The notes below the pieces were generated by a model that searched no databases, was not told where the DNA came from, and saw only the letters and a list, made by a program, of their open reading frames with translations. This document shows, piece after piece, positions 9,019 to 19,053 of a DNA stretch of 44,531 bases; positions within the stretch are counted from its first letter, which is position 1, and every line of letters begins with the position of its first letter. The translations under genes and the position numbers were made by a program. The stretch is from a virus (lineage: Duplodnaviria; Heunggongvirae; Uroviricota; Caudoviricetes): IMG/VR virus record IMGVR_UViG_3300017613_001587. One strand, given 5' to 3'.

Positions 9019-9834
9019 ATGAAGATAGCTATTCCATTAAGCCCTTCGGACACCACGTTTAAGATCAACCAAGCCTACATTGATTACATCCAACAGGCTG
9101 GCTATGATCCGGTCGCCTGCTTCCCGCAGAACGATGCCTTGGATATAGCCGAGCTATGTGATGGCCTGCTCCTGCCCGGCGGTATTGATATCGACCCCAT
9201 CTATTACAACGAAAGCAACTGGGGTTCATTCTGGACCAACCCGGACAAGGACGACTTCGAACGCAAGCTCATGTGGGCTTTTATTAACCATACCAAACCC
9301 ATCTTCGGTATCTGCCGCGGATTCCAGCTCATTGCCCGTGAATATCTGAAACACCTGGGTGATCAGCCCGTCACTCCAGCATCATCCGAAAGGATTGATG
9401 ACCGAGTAGTGTTCGGGCAGGACATCGGTGGACATGATGTTCCCAGTCGATTCAATGTGTGGAGAAGTAGCCCGCATCACTATGTCCTCGCTCGTGAGGA
9501 CATGCTCTACGGATCGGAAGATAAGGGAGTCTTTAAAGACGCCGTAAACAGCATGCATCATCAGTATCTGCATCTGAATATGGAATCGGACGCTCTTATC
9601 AAATCCAATAAGGTGACGCCACATATGCGGGCCACCGCCTGGACGACACGAGGCATCGATCATGATGAGACCGGTGTAGTATGCGAAGGGTTTGTCTTGA
9701 AAGGCTGGACTGAAAGTAAAATCCATGCCGTTCAATGGCATCCTGAAGAGCTGAAAGACTACGCCCTGCTCCATCACCTGTTCGGTAAGAGTAAGGTATT
9801 CCGCGGCCCGGAGACGGCAGCAATGAAGGCCTAA
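9019..9834 (+). CDS. class I glutamine amidotransferase / peptidase C26-like
   Basis: LLLPGGIDIDP, GICRGFQ, NSMHHQ, VQWHPE (Cys-His-Glu triad intact). Confidence 0.9.
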   Translation: MKIAIPLSPSDTTFKINQAYIDYIQQAGYDPVACFPQNDALDIAELCDGLLLPGGIDIDPIYYNESNWGSFWTNPDKDDFERKLMWAFINHTKPIFGICRGFQLIAREYLKHLGDQPVTPASSERIDDRVVFGQDIGGHDVPSRFNVWRSSPHHYVLAREDMLYGSEDKGVFKDAVNSMHHQYLHLNMESDALIKSNKVTPHMRATAWTTRGIDHDETGVVCEGFVLKGWTESKIHAVQWHPEELKDYALLHHLFGKSKVFRGPETAAMKA

Positions 9835-9837
9835 CTT

Positions 9838-10119
9838 ATGCTACGCGGATGGAAAACACAATTATGCCTATATGGTGGTGAAGATCACCCAGACTCTGAA
9901 GTCACCGTATATAAAACCTACAGATTGAAGGATATAAGGCTTATCCTCAACAAAACTCGCAAAAAAGAGATGGGGGCGGGGCTTCCAAAGCGAAGGCTCT
10001 CCCCTGTCTTTACTTATTTGCTGGCAGAATTAATTGAAGTATACTTCAGGGACTATGCTCCGAAAGGTGTTGTCCTCGAACAGATAATCGTAAAGGATAC
10101 AAAGAACTATGGGCTATGA
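9838..10119 (+). CDS. hypothetical protein
   Basis: ORF filling operon gap, overlapping next start. Confidence 0.6.
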   Translation: MLRGWKTQLCLYGGEDHPDSEVTVYKTYRLKDIRLILNKTRKKEMGAGLPKRRLSPVFTYLLAELIEVYFRDYAPKGVVLEQIIVKDTKNYGL

Positions 10120-11326
10120 TACTGGAGAACGTTACCTGAAAGAGATCAATCACGTCTCGATACTTGAGTCGATAGATGAGGTCTTTGACGGTGCTACTTC
10201 ATTGCTGACCGAGAATGCTGTGATGTACGGAAGCTCTGTGACCTCTGTAATAGCAGGGCTGCCCATCGTGGGTGACCTAGACGTTGCTGTGTCCAACCAG
10301 GAGTACATGAAACTCTGCCAAAGCTTTGCCAGCTCTGTCAAATGGGTACAGATACAAGGCAAGAACATTCCTGAATCAAAACCAAGGCTCAAGCAAAAGT
10401 ATTCTTTCTCAGACAGCCTGCCTTCTGTTTCTGCTGGGCCACCATCGAACAGTAATCCATATGCTGGTGCCAAACACCTACCTATAAATGATGTAGTAGC
10501 TTTCCATACCGTTAACGGTGCTTGTGTGCAGATCGTACAGTCAAGTACTATGACCGGTGATATCCTTGAGGATGCTCTGGAAGTAGTGCGTAAGGTAGAC
10601 TTTGCTTTCTGCGGCATGGCTGTTGATAGATGGGGCAGGATGCTGGAGACCATACCCAATGCATACAGCGACTGTCTTGAGAGACTCATCCGTATTCATA
10701 GCTACCAGCATAGAATCGATCCCAAAAGGCTAAAGCAACGTATCCATAAGTATTTAAAGCGTGGTTGGTCTCTTACATTCTCAATAGATCAAGCCATGAT
10801 AAATCTTGCGCGGGCCAAGACTGAGTATGCTAAACGCCCCAAGAAGAAAACCAACCGCCAGTCCAAGAAAACTATCAGTGGTTTCAGACTTAAAAAGATG
10901 ACTAAGAAAGGCATTGTAATAGAGACTACTGATGCATTTATAAAGAATATTGGACAGGGAACTAACACCAGGGACGTTGTACGTCATTTTGCTTCTGAAA
11001 CTCGCGGCATTAAGATCAATTCCGTCACTAATAAGTTTGGTAGGATGGAGTTCTGGTCGCCCGGCGGGTCTGAGAAGTTCACCATATCTAAAGCCAAGGC
11101 AATTATCAGAGACGTTGATGATTATTATAGACAGCGTTATGCAAAAGCTTACGATAGAATGCGTCAACAGACGAAGGCTGCTAAGTTTGGAAAGATGTAC
11201 GGCGGTAAATCGTCAGGGTACGGCGGATTTGTCAGCACCGGCAGCTTTAAGACTACTAAAGATGGGATGGAAGTCAATGGCAGCAGCTACGGCTGGTCCT
11301 CTGAGGCATCTAACTCCACAAGCTAA
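10109..11326 (+). CDS. Pol-beta superfamily nucleotidyltransferase (CCA/poly(A) polymerase head-like) with basic, low-complexity C-terminus
   Basis: VMYGSSV…GDLDVAV motif A; VDFAFCGMAV resembles RDFTxNAMA. Confidence 0.65.
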   Translation: MGYDTGERYLKEINHVSILESIDEVFDGATSLLTENAVMYGSSVTSVIAGLPIVGDLDVAVSNQEYMKLCQSFASSVKWVQIQGKNIPESKPRLKQKYSFSDSLPSVSAGPPSNSNPYAGAKHLPINDVVAFHTVNGACVQIVQSSTMTGDILEDALEVVRKVDFAFCGMAVDRWGRMLETIPNAYSDCLERLIRIHSYQHRIDPKRLKQRIHKYLKRGWSLTFSIDQAMINLARAKTEYAKRPKKKTNRQSKKTISGFRLKKMTKKGIVIETTDAFIKNIGQGTNTRDVVRHFASETRGIKINSVTNKFGRMEFWSPGGSEKFTISKAKAIIRDVDDYYRQRYAKAYDRMRQQTKAAKFGKMYGGKSSGYGGFVSTGSFKTTKDGMEVNGSSYGWSSEASNSTS

Positions 11327-11350
11327 TCATGGTCGAAGATCATGGTCGAA
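11326..11350 (+). promoter_or_regulatory. tandem motif ATCATGGTCGAA x2, 13-nt period
   Basis: Two exact copies beginning in the stop codon of the upstream gene, followed by an A-rich tract and SD. Confidence 0.6.
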
Positions 11351-11391
11351 ACCATAAATAAAATCCAGAAAAAAAACTAGGAGGCAACATC

Positions 11392-11805
11392 ATGACTGAG
11401 AAAAAGAAAAAACTTTGCAGGTTCTTTTTGTACGGCACATTAAAAGAAGGACGCCCGCTAGACCGCCCGGTGTTCGCCAAGCTGCGTACCAAAGTTGCTC
11501 CCGCCAAGATCAAAGGTTCCATCTTCGATCTGGGCTGGTACCCCACCATTAAGTTGGATGGTAAAGGCATGGTCATAGGTGAGGTTCATACCTTCCCGAA
11601 AGAGCATGTCGATGACGTACGCAGAGCCATGGACGGCATTGAAGGCTACCGTGCCAGTGATCCCGAGAAGGGTTTGTATAACCGGCACATCATCGAGGCC
11701 ACGCTTGACACCGGCGAGACCGTGAAGGCATTCGTCTATGAGTACAACGGTAAGGTCGACGACAAACGGCGCCTTGAAGACGGTGTCTGGGAACCTAAGG
11801 ATTGA
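11392..11805 (+). CDS. gamma-glutamylcyclotransferase (AIG2/GGACT-like)
   Basis: FFLYGTLKEG, G.IFDLG.YP, V.GEV, MDGIEG, LY.R, AFVY. Confidence 0.9.
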   Translation: MTEKKKKLCRFFLYGTLKEGRPLDRPVFAKLRTKVAPAKIKGSIFDLGWYPTIKLDGKGMVIGEVHTFPKEHVDDVRRAMDGIEGYRASDPEKGLYNRHIIEATLDTGETVKAFVYEYNGKVDDKRRLEDGVWEPKD

Positions 11806-11910
11806 ACAGATCTGTTCTATCGCCCTGGAAATTTTCTGAAAAGAAAAGCCAGGTTTTTTCTCTTTGACCGTCTGGTTGGGCGGTCTCAATAAACTAAGGA
11901 GGTATCAAAG

Positions 11911-12210
11911 ATGTCAGGAATCATCGAAATCTGGAGGAAGGCGGGCGCTGCTATGATGCCCGTTCGTTTTACGGTCGGGAATCCACCGGTACTTGCAGAC
12001 GGTCAAGTTATAGCGAATGGTCCGGTCATTAACAAGATTGACTACCGTGAGACCGGTGCGATAGCTGGCAAGCGTTTGAATCAGCCGGTATTCGTCATCG
12101 AGTTCGAGCAGTCCTTTGTACAGCGGTTCATCCCTGCCGAAGAGGTGATTGACGTGGCCTACGAAACAAAGAAGGCTGATGCCATCACGGTTCCGGCACT
12201 GGAGGAGTAA
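11911..12210 (+). CDS. hypothetical protein
   Basis: Perfect SD TAAGGAGGT; ORF. Confidence 0.8.
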   Translation: MSGIIEIWRKAGAAMMPVRFTVGNPPVLADGQVIANGPVINKIDYRETGAIAGKRLNQPVFVIEFEQSFVQRFIPAEEVIDVAYETKKADAITVPALEE

Positions 12211-12211
12211 G

Positions 12212-12973
12212 ATGTTCTCACAGTTCATCAATCGTGCGGCCAAACGAGTGTTCATCGTTAATGACAACAGGGACTGCGGGGCAGAATATGCTCCGCTGTT
12301 CCGTCAATTCGGTGATATTGTTAGTGATCCCAACATTTTTCAACTACAACCTTTAACTTTTAAGTTGGTGGTATTCACCGGCGGAGCTGATGTATCACCG
12401 AGTATGTATGGAGACACCAGTCCCAAAGGAATATGCCACACCAATCCAGACCGCGACAAGCAAGAGCGAAAGATCTTTGGTTATGCTAGACAGCGCGGTG
12501 TTAGGATGGTAGGCATCTGCCGCGGTATGCAATTCTTAAATGTTATGACCGGCGGCAAGATGATGCATGATTTATCCGGGCATGGCGGCGGCAGTCATAA
12601 AGTCATGACCAAAGACAAGACTAATGCCATGGTCGTCAACAGTTTCCATCATCAAATGAGTATACTAGGTAAGGACTCGTCCCTCCTGGCCTGGTCGAAC
12701 GAACGTCTATCCAAATATTATACCGGTGCAGAGGACGAACATGTAGACTACACCGGCCCCGAAGTGGAAGCGTTTTATCATTCCTGGGACAAATGTCTCG
12801 GCGTTCAATGGCATCCTGAAGTTGCCTTGGCAATGAATGATGATGCCTGCAAAGAATCTACCGAGTGGTTCGTTGACCTCGTCAAAGATCACATGGCAGA
12901 CACCCCTGGTATGTTTAAGAAAGCACACCTGGGCAAGAACGCATCGAAGATTAATGTGAGTGAGGTCAAATGA
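12212..12973 (+). CDS. class I glutamine amidotransferase / peptidase C26-like (second copy)
   Basis: SD GGAGGAG favours start 12212; VVFTGGADVSP, GICRGMQ, NSFHHQ, VQWHPE. Confidence 0.9.
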   Translation: MFSQFINRAAKRVFIVNDNRDCGAEYAPLFRQFGDIVSDPNIFQLQPLTFKLVVFTGGADVSPSMYGDTSPKGICHTNPDRDKQERKIFGYARQRGVRMVGICRGMQFLNVMTGGKMMHDLSGHGGGSHKVMTKDKTNAMVVNSFHHQMSILGKDSSLLAWSNERLSKYYTGAEDEHVDYTGPEVEAFYHSWDKCLGVQWHPEVALAMNDDACKESTEWFVDLVKDHMADTPGMFKKAHLGKNASKINVSEVK

Positions 12974-13458
12974 ATAAGTATTTATACGACGAAGTGTATA
13001 TTGTTGGTGTTGACCATGCGATATCGTCTGGTGGAGAACTCAAGGTATGTGGTTCGTTTGAATCGTTGCTTGAGTATCTAAAAACCAAGAGCGTCAGCAT
13101 TAACCCTGGCCTTCGCGTTGTTCACGGTGTCTTGACCTCTGCGAAATCAATTCCAAAAGATTTTAAGACACGTCAGCCTTTCATTATACTCACAGATCCA
13201 ACCGATCCCACCTACGGTATCCTGCTCGACTCAGATACTGAAGACGACTGTACTGAGTTAGCCTCGGAAATTGAGAGGGTACTGGAGAGTGAGGAAGCTG
13301 CAAGTTTCTTCTTCGAGATTGACCATGTCTTTATACTATATGGATATGAACTTGGCCTAACATTGTCAGTGGATGAGGATGATATTGACGAAGAGATCAT
13401 CTCCGACTGTTTAGAAGTCGCAGACACGGCAAGAGAATTAATAGGAGAGGATGATTAG
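12970..13458 (+). CDS. acidic hypothetical protein
   Basis: ATGA coupling; ORF. Confidence 0.7.
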   Translation: MNKYLYDEVYIVGVDHAISSGGELKVCGSFESLLEYLKTKSVSINPGLRVVHGVLTSAKSIPKDFKTRQPFIILTDPTDPTYGILLDSDTEDDCTELASEIERVLESEEAASFFFEIDHVFILYGYELGLTLSVDEDDIDEEIISDCLEVADTARELIGEDD

Positions 13459-13873
13459 AATGAGTAAAGATTTGATCGAATTAACTACTACTGAAAACGG
13501 CAAGGAAAAGAAATACATCGGTCGGTTCCTTGGTTTCATCAAGGACGATGAGTTCAATGCCTTAGTCCAGAATGCTGAATCGGTTGCGACTAGACTGGAA
13601 TCTAAAGCCACGCAGCCCATAATGGAGATCGCCAAGAAGTTTGATGATCTGGCCGGGCATCGTCTCATAATGACAGTAAAGCGGGTTAATGATACCACCT
13701 GTCTCAAGAAGGTACTGTATATATCTGAAGGATTAACCTTAATCGATTCCGTTTCGCCTGCCAAAGATAAGGTGTGGAACGCCACCAAACAAGGGTACGA
13801 TGAAGCAATGCCCGGAAAAGTAACGTTCCAAGCAGGTGTAAACTCTAATTTAGTGGTGCAGGAGACTGAATAA
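13451..13873 (+). CDS. hypothetical protein
   Basis: ORF; start 13451 or 13460 (SD AGGAG/GAGG). Confidence 0.7.
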   Translation: MIRMSKDLIELTTTENGKEKKYIGRFLGFIKDDEFNALVQNAESVATRLESKATQPIMEIAKKFDDLAGHRLIMTVKRVNDTTCLKKVLYISEGLTLIDSVSPAKDKVWNATKQGYDEAMPGKVTFQAGVNSNLVVQETE

Positions 13874-13874
13874 G

Positions 13875-14711
13875 ATGGCCAAAAAGATAACCAAACCTGA
13901 AGATAAGTTGCTTGAGCCTGGTATATTGGTCAGCAATTTACTTGAGCCTGGTGCTATGTTTAAGGTGATTGACAAGGTGAAGGATAATAATTTCCCGCCG
14001 GGCAGTCTGGGATTCATCTCCTTCATTAGATCCATTGATGACTCTTATCAGGATGTAGCCAAGGTACTTGCCATTATGATACGGTGTGGCAAAGGCGGTA
14101 AACCTCGTATCATGAGCACCACATTGAGTATCCCAGTGTTCTATGTGGATCATAAAGGGTTCGATAAGCTATTGCCGGATGATAGTGCTCGTAAAGGCTT
14201 TGTACACATCGAGCGGAACATCCCCATGGCATCAGATATTCTAAAAATGGAACCGTTACATTTCCTGGGCTATTCAGTTGCTTTATCTAAACGGATCAAA
14301 CACATGTCCGATCAGTGTCGCCATAAGAAATGGCCTGAAGCCAAGAGCAACCCCATTAATATACTCAAGCGCATGCCAGACTATTTTAATGAAGATCCCG
14401 GCACAATGCTTGAGAAATATACCAATGACGATTTCAGAAGTAACTTCATCGCCGAAGCGCGGCGGATGATGTCTGCTATGATCCGTGTCCACTTGGAGAT
14501 GGACATGCTTCGCGCTGATACCGAGATCAATGCCGCAGAGTTCCTTTTGTTCACAAATAAAGGAGAGTTCATACCAAAAGATGCCGAAGATAAGAAGAAT
14601 GAGTATGCGTTTACCAAAGACAACGCGATGCTCAAGCGGACTGTCGAGTACTATAAGAACCTGCGGAATGCTGCCCAGAAATTATACAAGGATAAAAAGA
14701 AGAAATCCTAG
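13875..14711 (+). CDS. hypothetical protein (N-terminus similar to 14723..15616)
   Basis: GSLGFIS and IRCGKGGKPR motifs. Confidence 0.75.
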   Translation: MAKKITKPEDKLLEPGILVSNLLEPGAMFKVIDKVKDNNFPPGSLGFISFIRSIDDSYQDVAKVLAIMIRCGKGGKPRIMSTTLSIPVFYVDHKGFDKLLPDDSARKGFVHIERNIPMASDILKMEPLHFLGYSVALSKRIKHMSDQCRHKKWPEAKSNPINILKRMPDYFNEDPGTMLEKYTNDDFRSNFIAEARRMMSAMIRVHLEMDMLRADTEINAAEFLLFTNKGEFIPKDAEDKKNEYAFTKDNAMLKRTVEYYKNLRNAAQKLYKDKKKKS

Positions 14712-14722
14712 GAGGATCGACC

Positions 14723-15616
14723 ATGTTTCAAGCCGGAACCAGGGTGTATGTCCTCGGAAGTTCCGTTGCTGGTAAAAAGCTAGGTCCCAAACGCCACAGT
14801 CTGGGGTACATCAGCAACACCAACATGGCTTACATCATGCAACCAGTCAAAAACTTTCCCATCGACAAGCAGCTGTTCGTTTTGTTTCCACTGAAGGTAG
14901 TGTTCACTCGGTACGGAAAGGAGAACCGAGAGAGATGTGAACACAGAGACTTCCTTCATGTCATGCCTTTATTTTCTGATTCACCTCATAAAGTTAACGC
15001 CGGAAGGATTCAAGAAGTCCTACGTATCCTGAGAGGTGGAGAATTGAGTAAGAACTCCATGTGGTATGATGTTGGTTGTAATTACAGTAATAATCCAAAC
15101 AACCTTGGTACATTACTCCCTATCAGAGACAATATAGTTTCTGAACTCAAAGGTAATGAAGCCTTGGCTTGGGTGGAATCTATTCTCCGTAATGATACCT
15201 TCAAGCATCTGCTTTCTCATAATAAAAACCTACCAACACTTCATGCTATTGCTAACACTGACGTGGTCAATTGGGTATCAAATGCTCTGAGGGGATCGTC
15301 TCCCCGACGTGATTTGCTGCGCTGGGCCGCCGATGAGGCAAGCAACATGCGGCAGTTAGTCAGAACTTTGAGGTGTCTTACCACCGCTTTTGAAAAGAGA
15401 ATCTCAAAGAGCCAGGAGAATATCAAGTCTGTTAGTCTGGAATCCAACTCTTATCTTACATGGCTTATGGATAAGATGTTCCATGATGAAAGGACTCTTG
15501 ATCATAAGATGGTGATAGCTCGAAAGCTCGGGCTTAGTTCCGCCTTACAGCATATGACCAAGAACAATAAGTTAGTCCGTGATACCTATCTTTCCCTCAA
15601 ACCCAAGCACGTCTAA
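14723..15616 (+). CDS. hypothetical protein (N-terminus similar to 13875..14711)
   Basis: SD AGGAGG; HSLGYIS and TRYGKENRER motifs. Confidence 0.75.
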   Translation: MFQAGTRVYVLGSSVAGKKLGPKRHSLGYISNTNMAYIMQPVKNFPIDKQLFVLFPLKVVFTRYGKENRERCEHRDFLHVMPLFSDSPHKVNAGRIQEVLRILRGGELSKNSMWYDVGCNYSNNPNNLGTLLPIRDNIVSELKGNEALAWVESILRNDTFKHLLSHNKNLPTLHAIANTDVVNWVSNALRGSSPRRDLLRWAADEASNMRQLVRTLRCLTTAFEKRISKSQENIKSVSLESNSYLTWLMDKMFHDERTLDHKMVIARKLGLSSALQHMTKNNKLVRDTYLSLKPKHV

Positions 15617-15630
15617 AAAGGAGACACAAC

Positions 15631-18600
15631 ATGAATTGGAGCGAAAAAGCAGGTCTGTTTTGTAGTAGTGTTGCCGGTCAATTCATCGCCAGAACAGAGG
15701 TCGAAGGCAAGAAGAGGGGCCTAGACTTTGGCATAAGCCTTCAGGTAGTGCAGGAGAATGGTTCCTGTTGGTTCACCTTCACAAAGGGTGAGGAGTCTCA
15801 CTCCTTCAATGTTCCGCTGGTATTCGGTGAGAACAACGTACTATTGATAGAGCAGAATGAAGTTCGCCGTGCAGTCTGTCCCTATCTTATGAAAGAAGAG
15901 GATCTAGTCCTTGATTACTACGCAGTGATGCAGAGGATTATCCTTGCTGATCCGCACGGCATTGTAAGTCCTGCCTTGGTGAAGAGATCCCCGTTCATCC
16001 AGCAGGTTGTATGGTCGTTTGCTAATGGCAACACGGCTGTCATCATGTACAATTTACAACGAGCCATTAATGAAGTGGTCAATCGTATGCCGCTTCATGA
16101 GACTTCACTCAACAGCTACGTGATGAACCACAGGTTGATCATAATTGACCCGCAGTTCGCAGCTATCCGCAGCCCAGAGGAACGTCTCGAATACCAGATC
16201 AATAAGAGCAGGGAGTATTTCCAGCGAGGTTGGACTCCTATTGGCCTGGCCGATGGTAACTTGGCTGATAAGAACTACACACTTACATGTGATATCAGAT
16301 ACTTAACTCCGTTCGGGATGAAATACCATAATCCTCAGCGGAATTTGTACTCCACTCTTGGCATGAAGGGAGACGAGTTACCTAACATTCGCTCACAATC
16401 GATGCAAAATCTGATGGACGGAGGCATCACCCGTAAAGGGTGGAATATGTTCACCTTGTTCGCTGATATCCCGGACGTGTTCGAGGATCAAATCATGGTG
16501 GATGTACGACATCAGAACAAGTTCATCACCTACGAGAAGCGCTTCCAGTGTTATGGGTTTCTCAAAGTCAAAGAGGGGCAGAAAGTTACACACGGGCAGA
16601 CCTTATCCATATCTGATAAAGCTACCACCAAGAAGTTCGATGTGGATTGTGATTCGGCACGTGTCTTACGCATCAGTGAATCCCTGGTCAACGTTGGTGG
16701 TGTCAAGACTCCGGTGTTTAACGTAGTAGTAGAGTATCGTAGGTATCTACGTGATGGAGTTAAGTTCACCAACTTGCATGGTAATAAAGGTGTCATCCGT
16801 ATGAAAGACTTGGGTTATGCGGTTGATCCTCGTACTGGTGAGCTTCGTAAGATAGATGTCATCGTGTCTGCAAAGTCTATCCATAAGAGAAAGAACTATG
16901 GACAGATACTCGAGGCTCTGCTGAATAACACAACTCTCCCAGAGAATAAGCCTGTAGTGCTTGATGACTTCTACGAGGTTGAACAGGACGTCGTTAAGAC
17001 AGTGCTAACCGGCAACGGCCTCCCCAGCGACGGCACCTGGCACTGTGAGACTTACCACGGCCCTATAGTTGGCATCTGTGGTGATATATTCTGGGGTGTG
17101 ATTGCCAGTGTGGAGAACTCTCTGTGGAATGAGGAAGCTACCATCCGTAAGAACACCAGAGATTTACGTACAGCTGGTCTTAAATTCTCCCACGTTGAGC
17201 TGAGAGCTTTACAAACTCGGTTCGGTAAAGACAATCCGATACTGGGTGAGGTATTAACCTACGCTCAGGGCAGTGATGATCTGCATGAGATCGTCAAGGT
17301 TCTTCAGTCTAAGAAGGGTTATCTGCCTGTAGGTACACCAGTGCGTCATGTATTTGATACCAACTTTGTCAATCAATCTGCTGGAACAATAGTGGATGAG
17401 GAATACCTGATCGATACTATCGTTGATGAGGAATTTGAGCCTGAGGGCTTCGCTCTCCAACTGCCCGTAGCCTACCAAGTGCTACGTGATTCAAAGGGCG
17501 AGGTGACATATGAGGGCGCTCCTCTTCCTCAATTGCCTGACGGTACTCGGGATGCCTTTACCTATGATAAGATATATATCCCTAAGTCTATCATGCGTCG
17601 CTGTTGGAGACATGATAACGGGAAGTACGGCCTCAATGAGATCGGTGTGTTAGTTAATAATATATTGATCATGGCATACCGGTTTGCAGGTGAGCCTACT
17701 GAGACTAGACATATATCTATGTTATATCGTACCATAGGTACATACTTTGCTCGTATGGCTGACATCATGGGTACCAAGCGTGGTGAGATAGCTCAGTTGG
17801 GTATGGCAGTTCGTTATCCGTTCTCATCCAAAGCAGTAGCTACTCTGTCTAATAGACTGCCTACTAACGTGATAGAGATCCATGAAACCATGGCTGCCCA
17901 ACTCCGTGTTAAGAACGGGGACGTAGTGCTAGTGGAGAGGTTCCCGTGTCTGGGATTCATGTCAGTGCGGCCTCAAAAGGTAAGGATTACCAAGGATGAG
18001 ATGGCCCGTTATACTATCCGTGTTAGCGGTAATTGTCTTTGCTCCTTAGGGCTGGATTTTGATGGTGATGTTATCTATCTGGCTTCTTTCCATACTCCTG
18101 AAGCTCGAGAACTATTGCGCGCCGAGTGGGATTCCCCTAATTCAGAGTGCTATTCAGTTATATGTCAGCTCAATGAGAAAGCTGGTCGGCCAACTACTTC
18201 TAATCTAGGACTCGATGATTATGAAATAGCAACGTTCGAGGCGCTCAATGCTGATACTCATGCGGCTATAGTATCCAACCTGACCGGTGTTAAGAGCCAT
18301 ACTGGTCCTGTCATTGCTCTAGCCTACAACCTAATGAGAATACTGGAGAACTCGTCAGTATGTGATCTTCAGTCCACCAACGTAGCCATTGAGTACTTCC
18401 TGGATCGCGTTGGTAATACAGTGTTCAAGCAGAAGCATGGTGTGAAGTCCTTGCATGCCATAGTAACAGAAGCTATCTGCTGCGGTGATGTTGAGATCCT
18501 AGTGTCGGAAGGATTCGATCGTGAGACTTCACAGATGATCGTGGATATCATTAGAGAGAAAGCTAAGACGCTGGGCGTCAATGATCTGAGGCTGTACTAT

Positions 18601-19053
18601 GAGAAAGCCAAAGAGAATGGATGGAGTAACATCATCAACCGCATAGTGCGAGAGCAAAACAAGATATACTACGCCAGTAGAGCTAATCTCGAAGCGTGTG
18701 AGTTGCTTGATCATTTAGAGGCTCCTGCTGTAGATATACCCAGTAAGATACTAAAGGACATCTTGTCTGGAAAAGTTGGTGCTCTGCGTACTAAGTTGGA
18801 AGAATGCCTCGAAGAGGACGCGTTAGAAACAATCCAGGACGTTGAGCATCGTGATGCGTGCAGATCGCTGATGGATCTGGTGGAAGAACTTCTAACAAAT
18901 AAACCTGTTACCAGTATCAAAGCATGCTTTGATAGAATGACAAGGAGCGAGTTATGCCAGTCAAAATCAACGATAGGTTCTACAACACGGGAGATCACAT
19001 TACCCTCAATAGCATGGCCGAGCGCTGTGTCCCCGGAGGCTACGCCGGTCTAA
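15631..19053 (+). CDS. single-chain two-barrel DNA-directed RNA polymerase (fused minimal beta + beta-prime cores)
   Basis: Beta-like FEDQIMV, GVKFTNLHGNKGV, KRKNYGQILE, GLKFSHVELRAL, followed by beta-prime-like KRGEIAQ…RYPFS, VERFPCL, GLDFDGD. Confidence 0.9.
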   Translation: MNWSEKAGLFCSSVAGQFIARTEVEGKKRGLDFGISLQVVQENGSCWFTFTKGEESHSFNVPLVFGENNVLLIEQNEVRRAVCPYLMKEEDLVLDYYAVMQRIILADPHGIVSPALVKRSPFIQQVVWSFANGNTAVIMYNLQRAINEVVNRMPLHETSLNSYVMNHRLIIIDPQFAAIRSPEERLEYQINKSREYFQRGWTPIGLADGNLADKNYTLTCDIRYLTPFGMKYHNPQRNLYSTLGMKGDELPNIRSQSMQNLMDGGITRKGWNMFTLFADIPDVFEDQIMVDVRHQNKFITYEKRFQCYGFLKVKEGQKVTHGQTLSISDKATTKKFDVDCDSARVLRISESLVNVGGVKTPVFNVVVEYRRYLRDGVKFTNLHGNKGVIRMKDLGYAVDPRTGELRKIDVIVSAKSIHKRKNYGQILEALLNNTTLPENKPVVLDDFYEVEQDVVKTVLTGNGLPSDGTWHCETYHGPIVGICGDIFWGVIASVENSLWNEEATIRKNTRDLRTAGLKFSHVELRALQTRFGKDNPILGEVLTYAQGSDDLHEIVKVLQSKKGYLPVGTPVRHVFDTNFVNQSAGTIVDEEYLIDTIVDEEFEPEGFALQLPVAYQVLRDSKGEVTYEGAPLPQLPDGTRDAFTYDKIYIPKSIMRRCWRHDNGKYGLNEIGVLVNNILIMAYRFAGEPTETRHISMLYRTIGTYFARMADIMGTKRGEIAQLGMAVRYPFSSKAVATLSNRLPTNVIEIHETMAAQLRVKNGDVVLVERFPCLGFMSVRPQKVRITKDEMARYTIRVSGNCLCSLGLDFDGDVIYLASFHTPEARELLRAEWDSPNSECYSVICQLNEKAGRPTTSNLGLDDYEIATFEALNADTHAAIVSNLTGVKSHTGPVIALAYNLMRILENSSVCDLQSTNVAIEYFLDRVGNTVFKQKHGVKSLHAIVTEAICCGDVEILVSEGFDRETSQMIVDIIREKAKTLGVNDLRLYYEKAKENGWSNIINRIVREQNKIYYASRANLEACELLDHLEAPAVDIPSKILKDILSGKVGALRTKLEECLEEDALETIQDVEHRDACRSLMDLVEELLTNKPVTSIKACFDRMTRSELCQSKSTIGSTTREITLPSIAWPSAVSPEATPV

